Position numbers and translations under genes: made by a program
Shown: one piece after another, positions 36,735-48,574 of the stretch
Layout of the letters: each line of letters starts with the position of its first letter
Position numbering within the stretch: the first letter of the stretch is position 1
Assembly: GCF_964194155.1 (NCBI RefSeq)
Contig: NC_135900.1
Coordinates: 13,950,001-14,014,000 of the forward strand
DNA length: 64,000 nt
From: Cetorhinus maximus
Lineage: Eukaryota
Reading direction: 5' to 3'
Notes under the pieces: generated by a model
What the model saw: the letters and a program-made list of their open reading frames with translations, nothing else
What the model was told of the DNA's origin: nothing
The model's database searches: none

Positions 36735-37430
36735 CTCGATTTAACAGGTTCGTCCAGCTCTGTGCGCTTGGAATCGGTCCAGCCCTCCATCACCAAAACC
36801 CATGTGGCCCAGCTTCTTTGCCGGGGTGACTTCCCTTTCCTGTAGGATCGGACTGGAGATGGTGATATTCCTTGCTTGGGTTGCCTCGAGCCATGTTAGC
36901 AAAGCTTCTTCAATGTTGGGATAGGTAGCTGTTCTCATCCCCTGCAGGAGAGAATGCCTGCCTGTCGAACTGTTCCAAGACTGTTTGCCTTATGTTTCAC
37001 AATGGTGGACAAACTCAATAGCGGAATCTCCCACTCCATCGTGATGCCTGCTTCCCATTTCACGTCGCTGCTTTCCACTTGCTGTATCAACTTCACCTCC
37101 TCTCTGATTGCCAACACTTTTAACCTTCCCCCAGGTTTAGCCGTACTTGCAGGCTTTGCACTTCCTTTTACAGGGTGGAACACAATGTCAAATGATGGTT
37201 TGCCCAGCGTTCCATGAATTTGTGCTCTTGTGTGTTCTAACTCCCCTCTGATTGGTCAGTGTGGCCATATGACAGACTTAGACAAGTTCAGTTAATCCGG
37301 AGTTACCAGTGCGGAATTTCGGATTTTCACGGGCACTGTTCTATGGGATTTGCTATTCTGCCAGCGGGAGATGATTTCGACATAATCGGAATTTTGTGTC
37401 GTCTGAGTTTGACTCATGGCGATTTCGCTG
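36735..37430 (-). mobile_element. Tigger/pogo DNA transposon 5' fragment (CENP-B-type helix-turn-helix domains)
   Basis: ...KLIQQVES...LSTIVKHK and MRTATYPNIEEALLTWLEATQARNITISSPILQE...GLDRF; terminus reads TA+CAG on minus at 37430. Confidence 0.85.
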
Positions 37431-37811
37431 TACATGATTACATGAATCACAAAAAGGTTACAAGTAATTGGGAAGGGAAATGGAATATTGGCCTTTATTG
37501 AAGGGGGATGGAGTATAAAAGTAGGGAAGTCTTGCTACAGCTGTACAGGGCATTGGTGAGACCACACCAAGAGTACTGTGTATCGTTTTGGTCTCCTTTC
37601 TCAAGGAAGAATATACTTGCATTGGAGGCAGTTCAGACAAGGTTCACCAATCTGATTCCTGGGATCAAGGGATTGCCTTATGAGGAAGAGTTGAGCAGGT
37701 TAGGCTTGTCAGGGTGGATGCTGAGAGGATGTTTCCCCTCGTGGGGGAATCTAGAACTAGAGGGCACAGCTTCAAAATAAGGGGTCTCCCACTTAAGATG
37801 GAGATGAGGAG

Positions 37812-38009
37812 TGTAGTAACTGTAGCTTTAAGAGTTATTGTACTGTGTAGTATCACATGACAGTGTGAATGTATCAGCCTGAAGCATGGGGAACATAAAG
37901 GGTAGAGTTTGTGTCTGGTTGTGGTTCATGATAGAAGCATGTAACTGCTGCTGAAGCCCTGTAAATAAAGTCCACTGTTTCTTATGCCTGGAAAATCAAG
38001 TCTATAACA
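37812..38009 (+). repeat. 5' LTR of Gypsy copy A
   Basis: Direct repeat of 40612-40834; aataaa; TG..CA. Confidence 0.95.
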
Positions 38010-38011
38010 AC

Positions 38012-38024
38012 TGGCGACGAGGAT
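38012..38024 (+). promoter_or_regulatory. Primer-binding site complementary to the tRNA-Ser(GCT) 3' end
   Basis: TGGCGACGAGGAT, 2 nt downstream of the LTR; matches the reverse complement of ...AUCCUCGUCGCCA. Confidence 0.8.
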
Positions 38025-38107
38025 AAATTGGTACTGGCGCTGTCCCTAGCCCAGTGAATGTGAGTATCTTGCTTTAAACAGAAGAAAGGGAAAATATACT
38101 CACCAGG

Positions 38108-39330
38108 GATGCCACTTTTTGACCCCTTCGACTCATCCACAGAGGATTGGAGTCAATATATTGAACACATTGGTTTCTTTTTCCAAGCAAACAAGATAAC
38201 GGAGAAGGAAAAAAAGGAAAGCAATTCCCCTAAGGAGTAAAACTTATAATTTAATTCGTAGTTTGACAGCCCTGAATGCTCCTGATTCTAAGACTTTTAG
38301 CGAGTTGGTAGACCTCATAAAGGATCATTTTCAACCCAAACCCTCCGTAATCATGCAGAGGTTCAAATTTAATTTAATTTGAAAGTAAGAGCCCCGGGGG
38401 AGACCATAGCAAAATATGTAGTGAAGTTGAAGGAGCAAACTGAACCATGTGAATTTCGGGAGATCCTAAATGACATGTTATGGGATCGCTTGGTCTGCAG
38501 TGAGCACAATGATGCCATTCAATGATGCTTACTAGCTGAAGTGAATATCAATTTTAAAGGAGCATTGGAAATAGCGTTTGTGATGGAAAGCACTGAGCGG
38601 GATTCGCAGGCCTTACAGGGTGTACAAGATAGCGCCGTTTTCCAGTTGGGGTGGGGACAGACCGGGTGTGGCGCGAAAACCAGGGAGTCAGCCGCGAAGC
38701 GGGAGACAGGCCCTGCTTTCCGAAAATTTTTAAAAATATACAGGAGACAACTCAGCAGCAAATCTGAACCTGAATTGTTACCGATGTGGAAGTAACCATA
38801 TCCCTGAAACTTGCCATTTGAAAGAGGTGGAGTGCCATTATTGTCATAAAAGAGGGCACATACTGAAGCAATATAAAGCAAGATTGAGACAGACTCCCAG
38901 GCAGCAAAACTAAACTGGTCAATGTACATAATGTAGAAGATCCAGAAACCACAAATTCTGATGTTTATTCTCTATTTAATGTGAAAGTAGGGAAAACAGA
39001 GCCAATCACTATTACTCTGTAGGCCAATGGAAAACCTTTGATTATGGGAGTGGATACCAGTGCATCAGCCACTGTAGTAGGGGAGCACACATTCAAATAT
39101 TTAAACAATTGAATATGGAGCAGACTTCAGCTATATTGAAAACGTATACTAGTGAAAGGTATTCTCACTGTATTTGTTTACTACAAGCACCAGACAGCAC
39201 AGCTCCCTGTGATTGTAGTGGAAGGTGAAGGACCAAACCTTCTAGGTCATAATTGGTTGAGGGAAATTAACTTTGATTGGCCAGTGAGATTTCAAAAGGA
39301 AGCAGGAAGAGTTCCTGAGTTGGAAAAGGA
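38108..39330 (+). pseudogene. Degenerate gag-protease of Gypsy copy A
   Basis: EDWSQYIE, KDHFQPKPSVIMQRFKF, CYRCGSNH..C.F.EVECHYCHKRGH, GEGPNLLGHNWL; frameshifts and stops. Confidence 0.9.
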
Positions 39331-39339
39331 ACATGGCAA

Positions 39340-39960
39340 GTACTTCAAAAAGAGCCTGGAGAGCCAAAGGACCATGACAGGATGCAAAAGGAGTGTGTAG
39401 CCATTCAACAACCTGAGGAAAGAAAGACTGTCTTAAACAGCAACACGGAAGAACAGCAGAAGAAACTCAAGGAGACTGTGCTGAGTTACAGAATTCCAGA
39501 TGAAACAAGTGAGCTTCACAAAGAAAAGGAAAATCTACAAAATGTTACAAGGATCCCTCAGGTCAAAGATTGTACCTCTGGAAAATTGCGCAGAGAAGCA
39601 GAATGAATTTAACACCACTCTGAACAGACTGAAGAACCAGTTGGCAGAGAAGACGCAGCAATGCTCAAGGTTCCAGAAGGAGGCCAACGGATACAAGAAG
39701 GAGACAGAAGAGCTGAAGAATCAGCTGAATGAAGCTAAAGAGGCTTTAGAAGGAAAAGTCGTGGAGCTTTCCAAAATGCAAATGGGTGATGAAGCCATAA
39801 TGCAGCTCATCCCCTAAACTGAACCAGGTTGAGATTTCGCCTGAGAGCAGCCTGTCCGACTGTGAAGTCAAAATGAAGGACGAGACTAAAATCTGTGGTA
39901 GACAGGGGAAGACAAGATGGAAGATGGTTCAGAAAAGACAATGATCGACCCCCCACCCCG
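39340..39960 (+). pseudogene. UACA: Captured coiled-coil coding fragment, UACA-like (UACA/RAI14/ANKRD24 family), replacing pol
   Basis: ORFs 39382-39606 and 39500-39817: MQKECVAI...SYR..DETSELHKE / LQGSLRSKIVPL...FNTTLNRLKNQLAEKTQQCS...KKETEELK...KVVELSK; absent from sister copy B; resembles the UACA coiled coil as recalled from memory. Confidence 0.6.
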
Positions 39961-40611
39961 GCCCCCCAAACACTGCTACAGGTTCAACACCTTCAGAATT
40001 ACTTAAGAAGCGCCACCTTCATACAAGATTAAGCCTGGTACTTCCCAATTTGGAGGGGAAGGTGCAGAACAGTCAAGGGAATCAAAAAGTGACTCATGAT
40101 TTGCATAGTTGAGAGCGAGAATTTACTGTCGGTGAAACAGTATTTGTACGAAACTTTGGTAGATCAAATTGGGTACCTGGTGTAATAGTTTCTGTGACCA
40201 GACCGTTGTTGTACTACGTAGAAGTGGAGGGCTGGATCACCCGAAAATACGTGGATCATTTAAGCAGAAGGGGAACACCCCAATAAACCAATGTTCCACC
40301 TGTAACCATTGTAGAACCTGCAGTCCCCATTATGATAGATCACCCAAGGATAGACATACCAGATGTCTCTGCCAGGGTGGATAACACTGAACTGCCTGGG
40401 CCTAAGGAGGTACCAGATTTTGCTGTGGTTCCAGAAAATGAAGATTCAGTAAGAGATTCTAAAGTTATGGAGCTACGACATTCCACCCAGATCAGGAAAC
40501 CACCCGAGAGACTGAACTTATAATTTCATAACCCCTGAATATTTTTGTAATGTCATGAATGTAGTTGTTTTTGTGAATACAAATTGTAAAAAAAAATTAA
40601 AGGGGGAGGAA

Positions 40612-40834
40612 TGTAGTAATTGTAGCTTTAAGGAATGTAGTGACTGTAGCTTTAAGACTTATTGTATTGTGTAATATCACTTGACAGTGTGAAAGAATCA
40701 GCCTGAAGCACGAGGAACCTTAGGTTGTGTCTAGTTGTGGATGTTGATGGAAGCATGTAACTGCTGCTGAAGCCCTGTAAATAAAGTCCACTGTTTCTTA
40801 TGAGATACCTGTCTGGAAAATCAAGTCCATAACA
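40612..40834 (+). repeat. 3' LTR of Gypsy copy A
   Basis: Follows the polypurine tract; begins with a tandem 24-bp duplication. Confidence 0.95.
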
Positions 40835-41249
40835 AGGAGGAATTTCTTCTCATTAAATTTTGGAATTCTCAACCCGAGGAAGCAGTGAAGGCTGAATCTT
40901 GACACAAACACACATGTTACTAGTTCACTAACACAACCACCACGCTACTATACCCCATAGTTAACTAAAGTCCAATGTTGAATTTCACTTCTTTGAATGA
41001 AACCACATAAAATAATGCTTGAGAGTCTACAGCTCTGGTCTGCATTAACGTCATCCTTTTGCACACGGTAGCAGTTACTGGAGCTTGTGGTAAACTTTTT
41101 ATTTTGGCACTAAGCCTTTTTCTTCATGTTTTCAAAAGCTCTCACCTTGTGAGGCAATACTTTCCTGCAATCTTTTCCACTGTGCTGCATGGATTGAACA
41201 AGGAGATTGATTTAATGAAGTCATTGCCAATGCCAATGACCAATAGACT

Positions 41250-41500
41250 AAGCCACTCCTACTGGGATTTGTCGGACATAAGGGGTCTTCACTACTTACA
41301 GGTTACAACAGAGACCGTCTATAATGTCGGCTGTAACTCCCCTCGCAGATTACATCAAGGACAAAAATGCTGCCTCCTGTGGCTGTGAAGGTCACAGCAA
41401 TATGAAGCATCTATACTTGGGGATCCTTTCAGCCCATCACAGGGTTTTGGTCAGACAAACCAGCCTGTAGTCCAAACCTGCATTAAGCATCTTTTGACAT
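41250..41500 (+). mobile_element. Ancient Harbinger transposase remnant
   Basis: 'cctcctgtggctgtgaaggtcacagca...ggatcctttcag' = PVAVKVTA...GSFQ, as in the 60340-60410 transposase. Confidence 0.55.
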
Positions 41501-44347
41501 CAGTGCCGGGGAGAATGAAGTGACTACCTGACCCCTCCTGTCGGAATTTCATTGGAAATAAGGAGTGGAGATACTGAATATCTGAGGTCCATCCCACATT
41601 CAAACCCTCTGAGTAACAAATGGTTTAGAAATGACTGCTCAGGCCCAGGAATTTCAGGACCAAAAGGCATAAAAGCAACTGTGTGTAGTAAGAAAGACCA
41701 GATGGAAAAATATTTCAACGCCATTGGAGGCGTTCCAAGTAGAGAAGAAAATGGCAAAGGTTTGAAGGATTGACACTGAGGGGAGAGACAGGTAGTCGAT
41801 CCACCCATGGCTCCTGCATGAAACAGAATTTGAAAGCGTGATCAAAATGTGGTGGAATCCCAGTAGAGCTGGAATTCAATCCATATTCCACCCCTGACCC
41901 CTACCCCTTTCCTCCCACCTCCATCTTTTATTTACATCCTCTATAGTCCCAAGAGTTTCAGGACCAATCTGTACACCCGACAAGTTCTGGTGCCTTTCAA
42001 GCAACATCCAGTAATCCAGCCCTAAATTCCGCAGCTACCGATGACCGGACTATCACTGGGGCTGCAGAAATCCACTTTTTTTCCCTCATCACTCTGCAGG
42101 TTATTAGTTTTTCTCCGTTTCTTTTCCCATCTGTTTGGGTGTGTATATAAATTGCTTGTGACTGTATAATTTTGTTCAGCCTCTCTTGTGGTGTTGCTGC
42201 AACACTTTCTTCCTTTGGTACATATTTTACCATTCTGCTTTCCATTCTGTATCCCTTAAATACCCTTTCCTTATTTTAATTAAAAGTTTTATTCGGAAAT
42301 GTTGGCCCAAAACCAAAAACCAGATAAGAGCACAAATGCCTGATCAGGCATCACTTGCAACACACTAAATAAGGCATAAAGTGATAACTCCACTGTGCAA
42401 AATCAATAAGGAGAAGAAATGAAGTAAACACATTAGTTAGTAAATTGGATGGCAATATTAATGAACAGGGAGGGGCGCTCTTGTAGAAGATCCCCTTTCT
42501 GGGTCCCCTCTGGGGAGAAGCAGGCACAAACTCAACGAGAAATGTCCCTCCCTGGCTTCATGAGGTATAGGCATCTCAGTAATCCCTGAGTCACTGCTAA
42601 TGTAAAAATACAACCACATGCACAACGTTGGTTTAAAGAAAGTAGCTCTTAGTCCCCTGATGTACTGCTGAATTATTTATCAGTGTTAATGTCTTCATTT
42701 TCTCAATCTGGATCAAAGAGTGGGTCAAGAGGGAATTTGGCTTCACTCAACGAAGGCATGCAACATGTTGGCAAGTTGATGCTTACTGCACAAAGCCTCC
42801 AACAATCTAGGCAGAGCATATTGAGCGGTTTCTTTAGGATGCTAATTCACATTTGATGTACAATTTCCCTGTGTTACTCCACATTACATAGATAATACTA
42901 GACAGAATCACCCATGTCTTGCAATGACAATGCCTTAATGTAGGGAGCCTTAATAACACACGATCCAGCTTCTTTTTTGACGACCATTAGGAAAGCAACC
43001 TATTGCATGCTCAGTCAATTGTATTTGACAAGTGACTTTCTGAGCTTGAACTGTCTTTTAGAAGACAGATTACTCTGCTTGTTTGCTCAATTTCCTCTTT
43101 TTTTAATGGAGCTACAATGTAGTGACATAATATTAATCATCACACTGCAGTTTGTTCCTGCAGCAGACTGCACAGCAGCTAAATGAGGCACTCAGAGTAT
43201 CACCTTAAATGAAATGTCCTACCTGACCTAAACAGAGTGCATATGTTTCTCAATTAGAAGTACCAACAATTAAAAAAAAAACAACTTTAATAATTGGCCT
43301 ATTTCCCTTAGATAATCTATTCATGGCCAATTGTTTGCCCAGCTGAAGATTTTGTCAGTCTTTTGCTATTTAGTCTTTAATAAGGGTCAATTTTTTTTTT
43401 TATTCATGGGATGTTGGAGTCACTGTCTAGGACAGCGTTTATTCTTAATTGCCCTTGAGAAGGTGGTGGTGAGCTGCCTTCTTGAACCTCTGCAGTCCCT
43501 GTGGTGTAGGTACACCCACAGTGCTGTTAGGAAGAGAGTGACAATGAAGGAATGGTGAGCCAACGTGAAAACGCAAGCTGAAACACTCAGTGCTGCCAGA
43601 GTTGGGGGTGAAGAAGGGCGAGCACGGAAGGCAGCGTGGGCACAAGGGAGCGCGCAATGAAAGCTCCCTGAAGGCTGAGAGCTGCCTCAGGTGAAGACAT
43701 GGCCCCAAAAGCCAAGAAGAGTGCAGCCCCCAGATTCAATGACACACCCCTGGGGCACCTTCTGGATGCCATGGAGGCCCACTGTGATGTCGTTGACCCT
43801 CACCCTGGCCGCAGGAAGCCCATCAGTCTCAGCACTCCAGCTTGGCAGGCGGTGGCAGAGATGGTCAGTGCCATCAAGAGGTTGGACGCCAGGGTAAGGC
43901 AACCATCTTATCACTCGAAACTCACACACTCCCAAGGCCATCACCACATTCACTGGCATCTCACTCACTGCCAGCTCAAGGGACATCATCTCTCACTCAC
44001 TCACACACACCCTCACATCACCATCCAGCCTCAACTCTTCCAGAGACTGCCTCCTCAGCCCTCACCATCTTGAAACCACTTGTACAGATCACCATGTGCC
44101 CACACACACACACCCTGGGTTACCCTCCTTCCCCAGTACAGCCGTCACCCTGCAGCCTCTTCCCTTGCCTGAGGATACTTCTCCCCCTTCCCCAAGCAAG
44201 CCCTAGCACTGCAGCCATTAAAAAGCCATCCCTGTCTTATGGTTGCTCTGGTAGACCCTTCCATGAGCCTCCCCAAAACTGATGTGGTGCTGCCTGTGAA
44301 GCCTGGCACTGATCACTGCAATGCTGCCCGAAGGAAGGTTGACAAAC

Positions 44348-47300
44348 TGTCGTGGACTTGATTTTCCAGACAGGTTTCTCATTAGAAACATCAAGCTTTA
44401 TTCACAGGCTGCAGAGCAGTTACATACCTCCTTCAAGCTCCACAACAAGAAGAAGGACTCCCACTCTAAGGTTCCCCGTGCTTAGAGCTGATTTGTTCAC
44501 ACTGTCACGTGATATTATACAACACAATAGGTCTTAAAGCTACAATTACTACATCCCTGCCCCTTTAAACTTTTTGTACAGTTTGTATCTACAAGAACAT
44601 CTACCTTCATGGCATTACAAATATATACAAGGTCATTGAATTATAAGGTGGTTTCCTGATCCGGGTGGAATTTCGCAGCTCCACCACTTTCGAATCTCTT
44701 ACAGGATCCACGTTATCTGGAACCTCAACAACATAAGGTACCTCTTTAGGCACAGGCAGTTCAGGAAGGCGACTTAGGGCAACAGTATTGTTTATACACA
44801 TCCCTAGTCTGTGCAGAAAAATGTTTTCATATGACAGAGACATCTGGTATATCTACCCTTGGTTGAACAATTTCAATAGGGACCACAGGTTCTACAATGG
44901 TTACAGGTGGAATATCGTTTTGTTGGGGTATCTCCCTTCTCCTCAAATGATCCACGTGTTTGCGGGTGATCTTGCCTCCACCTCTACGTGGTACGACAAG
45001 GGTCCTCTCAGAGAAACTATTGCACCAGGTAACCAACTCAATCCACCACTGAAGTTTTGTACGTACACTGCTTCACCAACAGTAAATTCTCACTCACGAC
45101 TATGCAAATCATGATTTGCTTTTTGATTCCCTTCACTTTTCTCCGCCTTCCCCTCCAAATTGGGAAGTGTCAGGCTTAATCTCATTCAAAGGCATCATAA
45201 GTAACTCTGAAGATGTTGAACCTGTAGTAGTGTAGGGGGTTGTTCTATAGTGAAACAGTAAATGTGAAAATTTAGTCTCCAATGAACCTGATATTTTTTC
45301 ATCCCAGCTTTAAAAGTCTGTGCTGCTCTCTCAGCGAATCCATTAGGCGATGGATGATATGGTGCCGTCTTTACGTGTTTGATACCATTTAGGCTCACAA
45401 ATCTTTGAAATTCAGTGCTAGTAAACACAGTACCATTGTCTGAGATTACTTCTGGCAATCCATGTATAGAAAAGCTTTGGCGTAACTTTTCTATAATCGC
45501 ACCTGACATTGGTGACCTAACTTCGTACACCTCTAGCCATTTGGAATGTGTGTCAATTATTAATAGGAACATGGTGCCTAGAAAAGGACCAATGTAATCT
45601 ATGTACAGTCTCACCCAGGGCCTACCAGGCCATTCCCATGGGTGTAGCGAGTCCACAACTTCTGTAGTTGTTGGCATTTTATACAGTGTTTAACCACCTT
45701 CTCGATATCACCGTCCATGCCCTGGCACCAAATGTAGCTTCGCGCGATCATCTTCATTCTTGAGATTCCCGGATGTGCGCTGTGCAACTCTGCTAAGAGT
45801 GGTTCCCTTCCTTGTTAAGGAACAACTACTCGCACACCCCATAGCAGGATACCATCTTGACTGCTCAATTTATTCCTTCGAGTGAAGAGTTGCTTCAATT
45901 CGTCAGGTACTGGTTCCTGGGACCATCCTTTCAACACTTGGTGTCTCACTCTAGACAGGACTGGATCACGATTCATCCAGTTTCTTATCTGTCCTGCGCA
46001 GACTGGCGAGGAAGTCAGGAAATTCATCGCTAATATGATCTCTTAGGGAATTGGGGCATGTTCATTGTTCTCCTGCAAAGGAAGGCGACTTAGGGCAACA
46101 CTATTGGTTATACGCATCCCTGGTCTATACACAAAAATGTTTTCATATGCGGATAAAATTACAGCCCATCTTTGAATTCTTGCAGAAGCTATGGGAGGGA
46201 TAGCTTTTTCTTCACTGAACAGACCCAAGAGCAGTTGGCATTTTATAGGGTGTTTAACCACCAGTGTGGTCAGTGTCCTGAAGCTATTAATGTATATAAA
46301 ATTATTGGAAAATATTTTTCTTTTAAATAGATGTTTAGTCTGTGAGTGTGGCTTCATTGGATTAAAGCCAACTAGTCTGGGTGCTTTGATGTGTACTAGT
46401 TTTGAAATGTCAGAGAGATAGAGTGCTTTTGCATTTTTTGAATAGAGAAGTGGGGATGATGTCCACGTAGACCATGACTTGAGATAGTCCTTCTAGCAAA
46501 TTCTCCATCATCCTCTGGAAAATCATGCAGGTCAAGGAAACACCAAAGGGCAGATACATATATTGATATAACCCTTTGTGGGTGTTTATGATCACAAACT
46601 CTCTGAAGGTATCATCCAGTTCCAGCTGCTGATACACGTGACTCATATCTAGTTTAGTATAAGTTTGTTCCTCCTGCTAATTTAGCATAGAGATCCTCAA
46701 CCTTGGGGATAGGGTATTTATCCAACTTGGCAGCTTTGTTTATGTTAGCTTATAACCCCCACAGATCCGGATGGCCTGATCGGTTTAAGACAGGGAATTG
46801 AACTGGCTGTCTGACCCCCAGCCTCTCTAAATGGTTCAATTTGGTATCAATCTTCTCCCTCAGAGCATATAGAACCGGCTTTGCTTTTCAAAAAAGAGGA
46901 GCTGCTTCTGAGTCAATGTAGACCTTCACCTGTAGAGCTTTGATTCTCCCCAGTTCATCTCAAAAAATCTTGCCTTTTTTTAGGCAGTTCTGGCAGTCCT
47001 CCTACTCATAGCTGAAAAAATTCAGACCAATTTAGTGTCATTTCTTTCAACCAGCCAACCATGACCTAGAAGACTTGGTCCTTCATCTTCTACTACCATC
47101 ACTGGGAGTTGTGCTGTTTGGTGCTTATAATAAACAGGTACAGTGGTAATACCCTTCACTTGGATAACCTGGCCAGTATAAGTTTTCAATTTGGCTGAAG
47201 TCTGCTCCAAATTCAATTGTTGAGTACCCTTGTTTAAATATTTGAAGGTGTGCTCTCCTGCTACAGTGGTTGAAGCACCAGTGTACACTTCCATCATTAA

Positions 47301-48569
47301 AAGTTTTCCATTTACCTGCAGAGTGACAGTGATTGGCTCTGTCTTCCCTACGTTTACATTAAATAGGGAGTAAGTATCAGAATTGGTAGTTTCTGGTTCT
47401 TCCACATGATGTACTTGGATTAACTTAGTTTGCTGCCTGGGAGTCTCAATCTTGCTTTATAATGTTTCAGTGTGTGACCTCTGTTATGGCAAAAATAGCA
47501 CTCCACCTCTTTGAAATGGCAAGCTTCAGGAGTATGATTGCTTCCGCATCAGTAATTATTCATTTACAGATTTGCTGCTGACCTGTTTCCTGAATTTATT
47601 TTACATTTCCGGGCAGCAAGACCTGTCTCCCACTTTGCAGCGGAGTCCTGGCTTTTTAGGCCACACCCGGCTGTCCATTCCCGCCCCGGCCGGAAAACGG
47701 CGCCTTTTTGTGCACCTCGTGTAGCCTGCGCTTCCCACTGGGCGCTTTCCATCACGAGCGCTATTTCCAATGCATTTTTAATATCGAGGTATACTTCAGC
47801 TAATAATTGTTATTGAATGGCATCATCTTACACACCGCAGACCAAATGATCCCTGAGCAAATCGTTTAGGGTCTCCCCGAAATCACAGTTTTCAGTCAGT
47901 TGTTTCAATTTTGCCACGTGTGTAACAATGGTCTACCCCCCACCCCGGGGTCTAATGCTCAAATTAAACCTGAACCTCTGCATGGTGACTGAGGGTTTGG
48001 GTTGAAAGTGTCCCTTAATGAGGTCTACCAATTCACCAAAAGGTCTGGGGGCATTCGAAGTCATCAAACTTCAGCTTAGATTATAGGTTTTACTCCTGCA
48101 AACGCTTAGGAGAATTGCTCTTCTCTTTTCCTCCCCCATGATTTTGTTTGTCAGGAAATGGAACCAGAGGCATTTTACATATTGACATCACTCATCTGTG
48201 GATGGTTTGAAGGGGGTAAATCCTGCCAAAATGGGGCCTATCTGGTGAGTATAGACTCCTTTTCTTATGCTTAAACAAGATATTCACAGTCGCTGGGTGA
48301 GGGACAATGCTGGACCCGATTTATCCTCATCACCAGTTTATTATGGACTTGATTTTCCATACAGGTTTCTCATTAGAAACATCGAACTTTATTTACAGGC
48401 TGCAGCAGCAGTTACATGCTTCCATCAAACTCCACAACTAGAAGAAGGACTCCCACTCTAAGGATCCCTGGGCTTAGAGCTGATTCATTCACATTGTCAT
48501 GTGATACTACATAACACAATAAGTCTTAAAGCTACAGTGACTACATTCTTTAAAGCTGCAATTACTACA
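44348..48569 (-). mobile_element. Gypsy (Mag-like) LTR retrotransposon copy B, decayed
   Basis: LTRs 44348-44553 (3') and ~48339-48569 (5'); TSD caaac/gaaac; CpG-decayed primer-binding site 48323-48335; polypurine tract; gag, protease, RT (LPFG..YVD), RNaseH end (ARIQRWAVILSAY), integrase (HPG..RMK, IDYIGP, SDNG, SPNGFAER). Confidence 0.95.
44640..48235 (-). pseudogene. Degenerate gag-pol of Gypsy copy B
   Basis: ORF fragments 47564-47770, 47022-47405, 46410-46646, 46043-46357, 45815-46027, 45195-45677 in Gypsy order protease-RT-RNaseH-integrase. Confidence 0.92.
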
Positions 48570-48574
48570 GAAAC

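Larger units (their letters stand above)
37812..40834 (+). mobile_element. Gypsy (Mag-like) LTR retrotransposon copy A, internally substituted, non-autonomous
   Basis: TG...CA LTRs 37812-38009 and 40612-40834; perfect 5-bp TSD aggag; primer-binding site; polypurine tract aaagggggagga; gag with CCHC knuckles, protease (VDTSAS), integrase C-terminus; RT, RNaseH and integrase core absent. Confidence 0.95.
37450..40900 (+). mobile_element. CR1 fragment (37450-37811 and 40835-40900) split by Gypsy copy A
   Basis: MEYKSREVLLQLYRALVRPHQEYCVSFWSP; empty site reconstructs gagatgaggaggaatttcttctc. Confidence 0.85.

Noticed and set aside
41524-41813. 94-aa minus ORF bounded by possible splice sites, with an overlapping 73-aa plus ORF
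   Set aside because: No recognisable homology, adjacent to a decayed Harbinger remnant, and the donor is weak.
37812-48569. Inversion by recombination between the two inverted Gypsy copies, suggested by the reciprocal LTR duplication pattern
   Set aside because: TSDs match within each element (aggag/aggag; caaac/gaaac), flanking host elements stay colinear, and diagnostic LTR bases pair A5'-A3' and B5'-B3'.
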